This document shows positions 1 to 15,148 of a stretch of DNA of 64,000 nt, piece after piece. The position numbers and the translations under genes are program-made. This stretch comes from Massalongia carnosa (Eukaryota): contig OZ287074.1 in the NCBI GenBank assembly GCA_965645245.1, positions 1,860,001 to 1,924,000 on the forward strand, given 5' to 3'. The notes under the pieces were generated by a model. That model was not told where the DNA came from, searched no databases, and saw only the letters and a program-made list of their open reading frames with translations. Numbering within the stretch: position 1 is the stretch's first letter; each line of letters opens with the position of its first letter.

Positions 1-1573
1 GTGTACCGAGTATACTTCGTACTCCGTAGAGTACTCGATAGGAGAAATACATAGTACACCGAGTGCAGCCAAATACCCTAACTATGTGGCTTCTCGCCTG
101 AAAGCCCAGCCAGGAACACGTGTCTTCCTGCAGTCTGTGCAGCCTTTCTGCCTGAACTCAACTTCTTCCGCGGATTCTTCCTTTCTTGATGAGCATTGAT
201 TCAACCGATCATGGTCGTACGTGGGTTCTTTGGCTCAGCCAATCACCATGTGTATCCGGTGTGCAGAGTACGGAATACTCATACTCCATGCGCCAGCGAC
301 TGTACAACCGCGTTGCACGAGTCTCATAGCAACTCTCGTCATCCCCCCGAGGCCATCGTTCATGAGGGATTTTCCATGCTTTGAACAAGCTTGTCTCCAG
401 TTTGGCGGAAACAACTGTTCTTCATGCTCATTCTCCAATCTCATGCTTCGTGCGTTGGAAACCAGAATGGATGGAAATTTAGCCGATCTGAGACATCTGC
501 GTTGTTTCTTGGACGAGTTGCGGTGGGCGCTAAACTTGTGGCACAACTCACATCTTGATTATTCTTACTCTGTACGGAGACTATTGAGTTCTGAGACATT
601 TCTAGCACAATTTTACCGAACAAGGCTCGAATCCCAACGAATGGCTCAGGCATGCATCATTTATTCAGATTTGTTTTTCAAATTTGCTGACTTCGCCCGT
701 TCACCGTCCTCGTTGAGGCAATTGCTGTTTCGCTCGCGTTGTGTTGGACTCTATGCTTGTTTTATGATTGTTCCCTCATGATTTTGCATTTTTCTTTGAT
801 TTTCTTTCTCTGGCAGATTCCAGCACAAGCGTTGTCCTGGTTCTTGGGAAGTTTCATCTCAAACCTTTTGCAATATGGCTGTGATAAAAGGAACACTAAA
901 AGGGGCATCGCTAGTCGTTGATGGCCGTGTATTACGAGTATATTCATTTTGTGAAGAAACACCCAAGCTCAGTATCTAACAATCCGAAGCCTTTAAGCTA
1001 CAGTTTTTGCACTTCTTCCGGCCTTCCGCATGGTCTCCAGCTTGTCTTGGGAACTGCACCCGTAACTCTTCTAACAATACCGTGGTTCGTGCAATGGACT
1101 CCTTCAGCGAGAACCTCTGGTCCCAGCGTTCATTACAGAGCTTCTCGGCGACACTAGCTATGCCGAGAGCAACCTTCTCGGCTCTTGAAGAGCAGCATAA
1201 TTGTGGTGGCTACACAGTTGCGCCTGGATATCAATGTATTTATCCAACGTTAGCTTGCAACCATTTCGATGAAGATTTGATGTTTCGAACACTTCTTCAT
1301 CCCGAATCAATCCGAATAGAATTTCATCATCTGGCTCCTATCCCAAACCGATCGCCTGACGGACGAGAAGTGGACTTTGCAGTCGCAATTGAGCGAAGAC
1401 GTCAAAAGTGACTGACGTCATGAGTTTCGTCATGACTATGGCGTTTGGGTGGATACAGAACGTCTCTTTTCCTTGTGCTCCTAATCTCTTTTACATCTCA
1501 ACTTCCCTCGCACTTGAATAATCTTCAACTCCGTTGACTTCATCTCATTAGATCTCAATACGATAATATCATA

Positions 1574-2790
1574 ATGGCGCATTTGATTACAGGAAATAAA
1601 TTCGACCCCAACAAGGACATCCCTGATCTTACCGGCAAGGCAAGGCCTCCGTCTTGTCCTATGCCTCCACTAAATTGACGCCTCTCTAGGTTTACATAGT
1701 GACAGGGGGCACGGCCGGCATAGGGTTCGGCATAGTAGCCCACATCTTGCAGCATAAGGCTTCCAAGATCATCATACTATCTCAAAAAGAAGAACATGCT
1801 AGCGAAGCTGTAGAAGAATTGAAGAAATATGGAGACACGACCAAAGTGCACTGGATTCAAACCAACTTCAATGACCTGAAACAGACCGATAGCGTTGCGA
1901 AGCAACTCAAAGACGAACGACAGATTGACGGCGTGGGTTTGAAACCGCGCATCCCTTAGAAATGCATCCTAACCCTATAAGCTTATTCTCAATGCCGGCG
2001 AAGGTGTAGGAAAATACAACGAATCGGTGGATGGTCTTGGTGCGTTTTTTTTCTTCCTACGCTTAACTTAAATTGCCGCTGACAACCCTCATTGAGAAAG
2101 ACACCCACTTCCAAACCAATTACCTCGCCCAATTCCACCTTGCCCTCATCCTCCTCCCCAACCTCCAATCCACCCCCAATTCACGCCTAGTCCTCCAGTC
2201 CTCCGACCTTCACCGATCTCCCCTTTCCTCCACCACCTTCACCTCCATCGCGGAAATCAACACCGATATCGGCCCCAACAGCCTCTACTCGCGCAGTAAG
2301 CTCGCGCAAATCCTCTTCGTACGCGCCCTCGTGCGCCGCTTCCACAACAACGAGCTTGGCTTTCAGTCTTCGAAGTTCGACGGGCCGTGGATTAACGCAA
2401 CGCATCCTGGAGGTGTGAGCACCGACCAGCAGGAGCAAGCCGTAGATGCATATGGCACGTTGGGAAAGATAGGCGTTACGGCTGTCCGGCCATTCTTGAA
2501 GGACCCCTTGGACTCGGGATGTCGGCCTGCGCTCTTCGCGGCTACCAGTCCGGATATCGTTGAGGAGAAGATTCAGGGGCAATATGTACGTTTAATTCCC
2601 CCCCCCCACCGGGGTGACACTTCCCAAATCCTCGTGCCACCTAACGGGAACCGACCAGATCATCCCCGACCGCAAAGTGAGCGAGCCGTCAAAACAGGCG
2701 CAGGATGACGAGCTGGGCGAGAACCTCTGGCGGCTGAGCGAGCAGATCCTTAGCGAGAAGTTGAGCTCGTTGCCTTATTCGCGCGCTTGA
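1574..2790 (+). CDS. Short-chain dehydrogenase/reductase (retinol dehydrogenase/WWOX-like), 5 exons
   Basis: Spliced reading gives MAHLITGNKFDPNKDIPDLTGK/VYIVTGGTAGIGFG (TGxxxGIG), LILNAG, YSRSK (YxxxK), HPGGV and a C-terminal ENLWRLSEQIL. Introns at about 1640-1689 (GC-AG), 1933-1981, 2040-2100 and 2587-2658. Confidence 0.9.
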
Positions 2791-3448
2791 TTCACTATTA
2801 TTTCCCGCCACTAGCTATCTCTACGGATAATTTTCTTTTTCCAGGTGGCTAATATAGCTGGAGGAGAAGGGATAGATCATAGGGGGGTTGTGGATAACTT
2901 CTTCAGACCAACCGGACAAACTTAGCGTGCTTCAATTGCTTCACTTGGTCTTTTTTTGATAAAGGTTCCGCGAAGAAAACACAACAGATATGGTACCATG
3001 ATACGAGCGCACTGCCGACCATGCTTCAATTTTTTCTTGACGATTGCCCAAATCCACACGATATCTATCGAATCGGATCTTGCTAGCACTCCATCGATCT
3101 CCTTCCCCCCCCCCCCCTTTTTCTGTTCCGAGACATCTAAAATCATCATCATCGGGAAAAACCACTCATCGATCTATTTTGATAAGTATTCTATATTTGG
3201 TGAGCGAGTGAGCATGATACCGTTGACAACCACATCCTATCGGAATGAAAAGGAAAAAAGAAACGAAACGAAACAAAATGGAATGGAATGAAACGCAATT
3301 GAGATAATTCTCAGAGATCTCTCTTCCTATCTATCTAAAGCTTTATCCATGCCTTCGTTCAATCCTTTATCTCTCTCTCTCTCTCTCTTTTTATCCCCCC
3401 TTTCCCTTTTCTTTCTTTTCTTCGACCGTTTTTGATTGGGGTATTTTA

Positions 3449-3690
3449 TGTATATATATATATATATATATATATCTTTATATATTTTAGATCAGATCCA
3501 GCGTCAATTTGTCTAAAAAACCAAAAGCCAAAAGCGAATCAAATCGACTCGGAGCGAGTCCCTAAAAGTTTTCCGAGGCTCAGGAAAAGGAGAAAGGGAG
3601 GAACTCGAAACTCGGAACTCGAAACTCGGAACTCGAAACTCCTCAACCTCTAGGGAAGAGACGAGACGAGACGAGACGAGACGAGATGGA
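3449..3690. repeat. Microsatellite cluster: (TA)n, 7-mer (G[A/G]AACTC)n, (GAGAC)n
   Basis: Tandem repeats are directly visible in the intergenic region between the convergent SDR and MCM6 genes. Confidence 0.85.
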
Positions 3691-4231
3691 TGGGGATGAG
3701 ATGAAGCGAGAGGGGAGAGAGATGGAGAGGAGTAGGAAAGGAATGTCGGGGGGGGGAGGATGGGTGTAAGAGTTGAAGGGGTAATGCTATCCATGCTGAA
3801 ATATGCTATGCAAATTTGACTCAGCCGTGCAGGCTGATGTTTCGACATCACATATGATGTCCACTATTTATCAACAGATCCATACCACATTCTCCCTCTT
3901 CCCTTGTGCTTACCTAGGTAGCTTGCATACATGCATGTATACATAGATACATCTATGCCCGTGTTACGAAATCCGCCAAGGGGGGGTATAAATACAAATT
4001 CCAATCCACGCCCATTTCATTCCATTCCGTAAAGTGTTCCAAACGCTCCTCCCGTTTCTTTCCACCCTAGCCAGCCAACCAAGCAAACAAACAAACATAC
4101 GTACCTACGTGCCTTGCCCATCCGCTTACAGCCCGTGCCGGCGACACCGGCCAGCGGTAATCAACGTCGAGGAGAAGAGCTGATTTTTACAAACGAACCC
4201 CCCGGAGCGTCCGTTCGTTTTATCCGTTCGT

Positions 4232-7325
<3,094 letters not shown>

Positions 7326-7422
7326 GTTGGTGTGATATGTAGTATGGCGCTAGGAATAATATCTGGTGATTATTACGGAGTACAGAAGTGTATGAATCAA
7401 GACGTTTATGAGGTGAAAATCC

Positions 7423-7447
7423 ACGCGTTTCGTGAGACGTGACGCGT
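7423..7447. promoter_or_regulatory. Two MluI cell-cycle boxes (MCB, ACGCGT) upstream of MCM6
   Basis: ACGCGT at 7423-7428 and 7442-7447, about 100-120 bp upstream of the MCM6 ATG. Confidence 0.65.
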
Positions 7448-10443
7448 AAAGTGCTTTTTGATTATGTAAGATATTAAACCCTACGTGTACTATCCGTTTC
7501 TCTTCTACATAGTCTAACAATTTTTCACTCTCGTTGTTCTTTGAAGCCGTGGCTGATTTTACCATCTGGTGACTATTTCAAGTTGCCAGGAAAACTGTAT
7601 GAATCAGTTGCAAACTCACCCTCATGCATTGGCTTCTATCTTATCTCGTACCTATTTGCACAATCGCTATTGATGCTATTCCTCATCTCCAAAACGATTT
7701 GCCAGCTGCAGGAATACTCCAACGCAAGAAGCTACAACTACCAAGTATAGCCTAGTCAAAGTTTCCCAAAGAGCAAGCATCCACAAAACGAAAACCATCC
7801 TTTTGCCGACAAAATTTCGTTCAGGAAATCCTTGGCCAGTACACCTATAGAATCAAGAGATTAGATTATGGTGTCCGGAAGTGGTCAGATCAACTTAGGA
7901 GACCCAAATAGCTTTGAGCCTTTGAGAAACTCGTACGGACGGTTTTGGCAGCGGAAGTATCCGATTCAACGTATTCTTCAATTAACGGCAAGACATTGTT
8001 TTCCACTCCGATTAACACAATTGACATGAGCCATCGAGTAATACTGAACCTCTTGGGGAAAATAACACTTGGTGCAATATAAGGGTAACCAACACCCGTT
8101 CCTTCGATCGATTCAATTCAGATGACTAACCTCAACCAACTCAGGCGGCAGCGATGCTAAAGATGGTGAAGAAGGCTCATAGATTCCCCCGGATCATCTC
8201 CTAGCACCAGTTCCAAAAAGACAGACAGAATGCAAGGAACTCAAGATTTCCCAACTCAGGCCACGGTTGCCACTATGGCCTATTCTATTGGTGGCCAGGT
8301 TGCAAACTCGAAGAACTCCATTGCTGTTACAAAAGGGTTTCTGGATTTTACCAGCCAGGCCAACTAATGAGACCTCCAGAACATCGTTATTACGACGATA
8401 AGAACCCTCGATTCAACCACTTCGAGTAAAATGCTGTTGTTCTAAGTGTACGCATTGGCTGAACAGTTGGTTTTGGTTTTCTTCTTTTAAAACTGTTGGA
8501 TTACTCTGGATACTTACAGTACTACAAACTCATTGTCAGCTCCCGTAATTAACCTTGTTGGTTCTGTCTAGTTTATTTGTTGTCATGGCTCCCCAACAAG
8601 GAGCCGGTAAGTGACTATGTTTTCTTCGATCACCTGGAAGCAAGATTCTTTGTATCTCGCAGATATTAACTATTTTGTAGATCATGGCGGAACAACAAGT
8701 CGTTGTAGTATCTCCGGTCATTAAAATAATGCGTCTCGAGTCCTGTTGGAGAATTCAGCTCTGTCTGACTCTTCCTAGCAATATCCATGATGGACTGGAT
8801 GAATCTTGCTTGATATAAAAAACACTTACGGTTTTGAACATAGATCTATCAGCCCGTCCGTTTCTCAAAAATAAATTCTCATTGATGACATCGATTTCTA
8901 TTGACTTTAATAACTTTCGACCTAATCTATGTTTGCTTCATAATCTTCGATATTTTGCTTGAGATTCTGATGCAAGCTGTACTTCAGGTACTGATGCTGC
9001 CTGTCAGTTTTGGTTGTAAAGCTGATTGATTTACTATTACATATGCTAAAAGAACAGTTGGTGAGTTACTTATCAACTTCACTTCTCCTTCTTAAGCAAG
9101 CAAAGCCATCTCAAACCCAGCCCACAATCGCACTCCAAGGATCAAGACAACCATCGTCTAAACAAGAAGGCAGCACTCGTGACTCAGCCCCTTTTCAAAG
9201 CCGGAGCTCCACCAAGACGGACATCTGAGTGGGTTCCCATTGAACGCTGGGCTCTAAGCGCCTGCTCTGACATGAACAACTGCCATGTGCCATCCCTTTA
9301 TCAACTGCTCTTTAAACTATGGAAAAAAAAACCAGGTTTGCCCCGCTAAAGCAGAGGCTCAGAAGATCCCTTGTGTACCGCCAAACCTTCAGGCCTGCAC
9401 GGCAGTGGTGGAGTTCATCCAAGATAAATATTGTTCTTGCCTTAGTCTATCTGCGTTGCGGTCTCGGTCTCGTAGCCACGAATTCTATCTACGTCTTAAT
9501 TGCCCTATTCTTATTCCTAGTCACAAGAATCTGACCTCAGCCGTTTCAAGACTTCCTTCCCCTGCCAAGGACCGACAATGTTTCCGACTTCTCGTGGGTA
9601 CCCGCAGAGGATTCCCCTGGCGGTGAGAGTAATAACAGCGAGGCTAACAGCAGACACACGCCACCACTCTTGCAATCTTCAATATCCTACTGTTCCTTGA
9701 TGTAAAGTGCTTGATTCGGTACGAAGTGATGATGGATGCAACAGGTTCGAAGCCGGGGCTAGCGACATTGTTCAAAAACCTAACGATTCACACATTTCCC
9801 ACGGAGGTACTATTTTCCACATCTCATACATACATAAATAACCTTTTACCAACCAATACAAAAAAGAATGGGATGGATCTAGGCATGGAGAAGGTACATA
9901 CGTAGTTGCTTACTCGCTTGTATACCCGCTTTCCCCTGCTTTTTTTTATCATGGCTGACCAACAGCGTACGTAAGCCAATTCAAATCAAGAAAAGAGAGG
10001 AGGGGGGGGAGGGATAGATTATGTATACTATATATTTCCCCCCCTTTTCCATCTTCCGAGTTTAGTCATCTAACTTGCTCTCTTCCTCCCTTCCCCCCCC
10101 CACTCCGGGTTCGTTTGGGTTTTGGACGAAAGGGAAGAAAAGGGAAAAGGAAAGTAGGATTAGAAGAGATATAGGGAGGAAGAAGAAGCAGTGACTTTCC
10201 CTAATCGACCAATCAACTGTTTTAATCGATCGCTCATTGAAAAAAAGCCCGGCTATAAAGCACAACGCTCTCGAAACTCTTACTGCCCCATCTTTCCACA
10301 ATTCGCCTACTTATTTGATCCTTTTTCATTCCTACCTAATCGAATCATCCGTACGTACATACAGCGCCCTCCACGTCTTCTACCTCCCCATCATTCATTC
10401 ATTCATACTTTCCCTCGTCCCCACACCCTCCCCCTTCCCCACT

Positions 10444-12668
10444 CTACACCCATTCCGCTTTCTCGCCCCCCTCCGCCTCAAGAGTTTCATAAAGCGCCTC
10501 CACCTCCCGCGCATACCTCTCCAACGTATCCCTCCGCGCCACCGTCCCCTTGGCCGTGCGCGCGAACGGTTTCTTGGGGCTGGCGATCAGCGTAAGTGCT
10601 TCGGACAGGCGCACGTAGGGCGAGCACAGCGCGTTGGCGCGCTCGATGGAGGGCCGCACGGTTGCGAGGAGGAGGGCGGCGGATGTCTTGGCTGCCGGTT
10701 CTGCGGATTCTGCGGTGGTGGCGGCTAGATCGGGGTCGTTGGAGTTTTCGTGTTCTTCGATGCTGTGGTCGTCGGCCAATTCCAGGATCAAAAACGGCTT
10801 TTTCCGCCCCTCCCCACCTATCAGCGCCCCCCTGACTCTCGGATCTTGCTCCACCACCGCCTCCAGCGCTACAGCATTCAAGTCCTTTCCGTGACTGAAC
10901 ACCACCAAGTCGTCCGTACGGCCGCGATACTCCCATAAGCCGTTGCGGTGCGGATGGGGCGCCCAGAGGTCCTTGGTCGGGAACTCGGTCAGGGCCGGGT
11001 AGACGCAGAAAACCTGCTGCCAGCGGGCGTACTCGGGCTGGCGGCGGAAGACGAGTTCGCAGAGGCCATCCCGGGTGTGGGGCGTGAAGGCGACGCCCAT
11101 GGCGGGGCGGAAGGAGTAGTACTTCCAATCGTCGGTGGCGGGATCGTCGTCGGGCCGGACGTGCACGAAGTAAGCGCCGGCTTCGGTGCTGCCGATGGCG
11201 GGCATCAATTTTACATGCGGCGCGATTAGATGGCCGACGGCGGTGGCGAGGGGCGCGCCGGCGAAATAGACGTATTGGAGCTGCCGGACCTGCGCAAGGG
11301 AGGAGGGCGTGGCGCACAGGTCGCCGAGGAGGGACGGTGGGAGGATAACGCCCGCTGGGGAGCCATACCGGAGGATCTGCGAGACGACCGAGGCGCTGGC
11401 GGGGAGAGAGGAGGGGCCGAGGACGACGGTCGTGGAGAGGAAGACGGTCATTTGGAGGGTCACCGTCATGCCGACGAACTTTTCGCTTAGGGGTCAGCTG
11501 GTGCTTAGGTGGGCATGATCCAAGAGATATGTTACTCACGTGCAGAGCCGGCAGAGGGGTGTACCAGCGTTTGTTGGCGAAATGATCCAGTATGGTTTCG
11601 CCGTCCACGTGATCGGGCATGATGCGCGCGGCGTCGAGGGAGGTCATCATGAGGTTGGTATAGGTGATTGGTTTCGGGAGCCCTAGATTCTTGATGAACC
11701 AAATCTCTTTTCTGCCTTTTCTGTCCCCCCCTTGAGAGGAAACAATGGATCCAAATGAAAGAAGCCCCGCACACAGTCGGCAGCCGCACGCTTGGAAGGA
11801 AACACTCACCAGTCGTGCCCGAAGTATGAAACACAATCCAGGGATCCCCCTTCCCTTCTTCCCAACTCTTCCCATACCCATACCGCCTCCCCGCCCCCTC
11901 TCCCGAAAACCACTCCCCCATCTCCGGCACCACCACCCGGCGAATCCCCGGCCGGTCTCGAAGCAGGGTCTCGATTGTCGCCGTCGGTATGGACGCAGGG
12001 TGCAGGTACGCCGTGCATTCCGTGACGTCGAGCACGTGGAGCTGGGCCTCGGCGGTCGCGAAGGCGGACGGGAGAAGGATCTACAGGAGGGGGGAAGGGG
12101 GGAGAAAAGGGGGTTGGTTACGGGTCTTGTGGGTTCTGGGAAGTTTCGAGGGGGGGAAGGAGAAGGAGACGGACGGACGGACCTTCCAGCCCACTTTCAC
12201 GGCCGCGACGGCCAGCACCGCCTCTCGCAAATCTTTCAGCCCACCGCCACAATAGGCAAATGTCTCAAACTGTCCCCCATCGTCCTCGTCCTCTTTCCCA
12301 TCCGTTCTGTCGCGTCGTCTATCTTCGTGCCCGTTCCTCTCTTTTCCCCCCTCTAGGCTACCACCACCATCTTTCCATCTTCCTCCGCTCCTCCCAAGCG
12401 TCCCCTCCAACCACCAGCTCGCCCGATCGATCGCGCCCGCCAACTGCCCGTACCCGATGTCTCGGTATCCCTTCGACAGATCCTGCTCGTCGACCGGTAC
12501 CGACGCCCAGGGTTTGTCGGGGGTGTGCGTGGCGTGGTGGTCGATTAGGGAGGGCAGCAGGCGGGCACCGTAGCTGGTGGGGTGGGTGATGGGATGGGCG
12601 GTGTGGGGTAGTTGGGGCGAGGACATAGTGGGGGTGGGGGTGGGGGTGGGGGTGGGGGTGGGAGTCAT
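10444..12668 (-). CDS. Adenylate-forming (AMP-binding) enzyme of the NRPS-like type; A domain only, 4 exons
   Basis: YGARLLPSLID, HTSGTTG/LPKPI (A3 P-loop split by an intron), GSTEAG, TKDLW, YRGRTDD and RTAKGTV (A10 Lys). The ORF stops soon after EALYE with no T or R domain. The start could be 12668 or 12626. Confidence 0.85.
12628..12662 (-). repeat. (ACCCCC)n hexamer repeat, encoding TP repeats if the upstream ATG is used
   Basis: gtgggg tandem array on the + strand. Confidence 0.8.
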
Positions 12669-13858
12669 GGTAGTGGGAGGAGATATCGCGGCGGTGGAGT
12701 TGGTGTGGGTTTAGCTTTGAGAGGAGGAGGAGTGGGGGGGATTTTGGAGTGGAAGTGGAAATGGAAGTAGGGTAGAGAAGTGTAAACGAGAAAAAGAAAG
12801 CAGGACGGCGAACCGAGAAAGTAGAAAAGACTAACAAAACAACCGATGGGAGATCGCGAGCAACCCGCTTGAAGCTCGGTTGCGAAACCCAAACCCGAGG
12901 GAACACAAAAAGCAATCAAAACGACCGAACTAACGGACGGAGAGAAAGAATCCTTCGAAACTAGTTTAGGAATAAGGTAAACCAAGTCCGTACTCCGTAT
13001 AGTTTCATATGTCCAGAATATCTTCTTCGTCACTCCTCCTCAATCTTAATGTAATTCCCCCTCCCTTTCTTTCCCGGGAATAGTTTCCCCCCCAATCACG
13101 CAGTAACTAGGATCTATCTATTCATTGATTCATCGTTCGTTGGTTGGTTCGGTAAGGACCAGTCGTCAGAGTCCCCTTTCCTTTCCCATTCCCCCCTCCA
13201 TTTCTTAATCAATCAATCACCACCTCCCTTCTCCTCCCGTACCCACCCAGCACACCTCAAAGGAATAATAAAAATTAAACAGATATAGAAAAAAGGGAGA
13301 AAAGGGGGAAAAGCAAAAACCTGAAATCTCATCCGAAGAATTGCGTGGCAAAGAACCAAAAAAAAAAAAAAAAGGAAAACGGTGCAGTAGTTTAGTTTCG
13401 TAAGGTAGGTTAGCTGGTTCTTCTATTTTGTTCCAGCCAGCGAGCCAGCCGACCCGTGCTTACATCCATGCACGTGCGTGATGTCTTTTGATATGATATG
13501 CATTGCATTGCATTGCAGGTAGTATATGTGTGTGTGCGTATGTATGTATTGTATGCAAGGCAGGTAGTCGGCAGGCCGCAAGCAGGCTAGTTTGACCACG
13601 GACGAACAAGGCTAACTACTTAGGGATATCACCAATGATTAGCTTACCTAATTAAATACATACATACGAAACAGGCTGGCTGGGATTATGTAACTAGCTC
13701 CGTTAGACATCCCAGCAACGTATTGGGGTTATGTTAGTGGGATACATATGCTTCGGGAAGTTCTAACCTGGTTGGTTTTTTTTCTTCTTTGCTTTCGTGT
13801 ATAGTGCGACACATACGCCATCATAATCATATCAAACCGCGTGGGTCGGGACAGATCA

Positions 13859-15148
13859 TCATTCCCCATCGCTAACGCCCTTCCCGTGCGTCCCTTCGGG
13901 CCCAATCTCCTCCGCCTGCCTACCCCTTTCTACATCCCCCAAACCCCTCCCTAGCTGCGTAAGAACACCCGGATGGTACAGTCTCGACTCCTCGTCGTCG
14001 GGCGTCTTCAGCTTCGCGAACCCGGAATACGATGCCGGTGGCACGTCGTCGAGCGGTATGCTGTGCTTGCCGCTACGGCTTGAGTAGCCCGAGAAGCGCG
14101 ACAGCAACGATTGTGGCACGATTTTGGAGCAGATGGGCCGAAGGGCGGGCAGGCAGGCGGCGGCGAGGTACATGCCAGGCTCGATCACGGACCAGGAGAC
14201 GAGCGATACCGACGCCCCTGGCGAAAACGGACGAATCAGCAATGGTGCCGTGGAAGCGCATGGAGGGGAATGAGTGCACATACAGGTATTGTCCTTCAAT
14301 GCTTCGGTTCCGCAGAAGACGACCAGTCGGATACAGGATGACACAATACCACTGGTCGCGCCCATTCCGTCAGTACGGCGAGTTTCGAGCAAGCGTCGGG
14401 GAAAGACTCACACGCTCCCCGTCAGAAAGACAAAGGTGAGGCCGAGTTTGCGCGTCCTCGATGCGTTAAGCTGCCATACCATAGGCATTGGGAGAACCAG
14501 CATCCCTGCGTCCGTCACGATGTTCGGCACGTTCACGAATTTGTAGTACATTTGGACGTCAAAGCAATGTCCATGGATTTTCTTGTTCCACTGATATTCG
14601 ACGGGGCTACACTGAAAGGTGGAGGCCAGAATGAAGGCGAGCCAGTTGGAGAGGACCATGCCGATCAAGACATAAGTCGCCATGCGATATGGTTTCTTCA
14701 CAAATATTCGCAGATAAAGGCACAGAATCGACAACTTTGGCAAGGCGACTGCGGCAAGATAGATCCATTCCAAGGCATAGATGCATTTCGCCCAGGTGGC
14801 GAGTTTGGAAGGAGAATGCATGAGCACAGCTGGTAAGTGATACCCAACCCGCGCAACTCGGACCATGACTGTAGGAGCGTGAGTACACCTTGAAGATTCG
14901 GATTGTCCCGACTCACCGATGCCATGGATGCACATTCCAAGGTTTGCCACAAGCGCCGGAGGGATCAGGTAGTCATCCCAGCCTAGAACTGAGCTGGTCT
15001 CTCGTCGAGCTAAGAATCGAAGCGTGGTAAACAAAAATGCAGCGATCATAAAGGAAATGGAAACCGCTATCAGCCGATCCCCGCTGTACTCGGCCAGATA
15101 TGCTGGGGAGTAGCTCGCAGGCGGTACTGGATTTGATTTCGTTGCCAT
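13859..15148 (-). CDS. Pth11-like (fungal rhodopsin-domain) integral membrane protein without CFEM
   Basis: LRFLAR..LGWDDYLI, KLSILCLYLRIF, FQCSPV..W, NIVTDAGMLVLPMP, RKLGL..F, WSVIEPG..AACLP. Several hydrophobic segments; spliced. Confidence 0.88.

Noticed and set aside
196..1411. Overlapping short ORFs on both strands
   Set aside because: I found no recognisable motif and could not build a consistent spliced model. A gene running off the window edge cannot be excluded.
1413..1420. TGACGTCA (CRE/ATF-like site) upstream of the SDR gene
   Set aside because: A single 8-mer is expected by chance in 64 kb, and there is no supporting evidence.
8586..9100. MAPQQGA plus intron-like signals, possibly a gene relic
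   Set aside because: The frame stops quickly and no family motif could be supported.
10487..11881. 464-aa minus-strand ORF
   Set aside because: This is an alternate frame of the AMP-binding gene. Only the GLPKPITY...PALH segment is a real exon.
12628..12662. G-rich hexamer array as an interstitial telomere
   Set aside because: The unit is GTGGGG, not TTAGGG, so it is a simple microsatellite.
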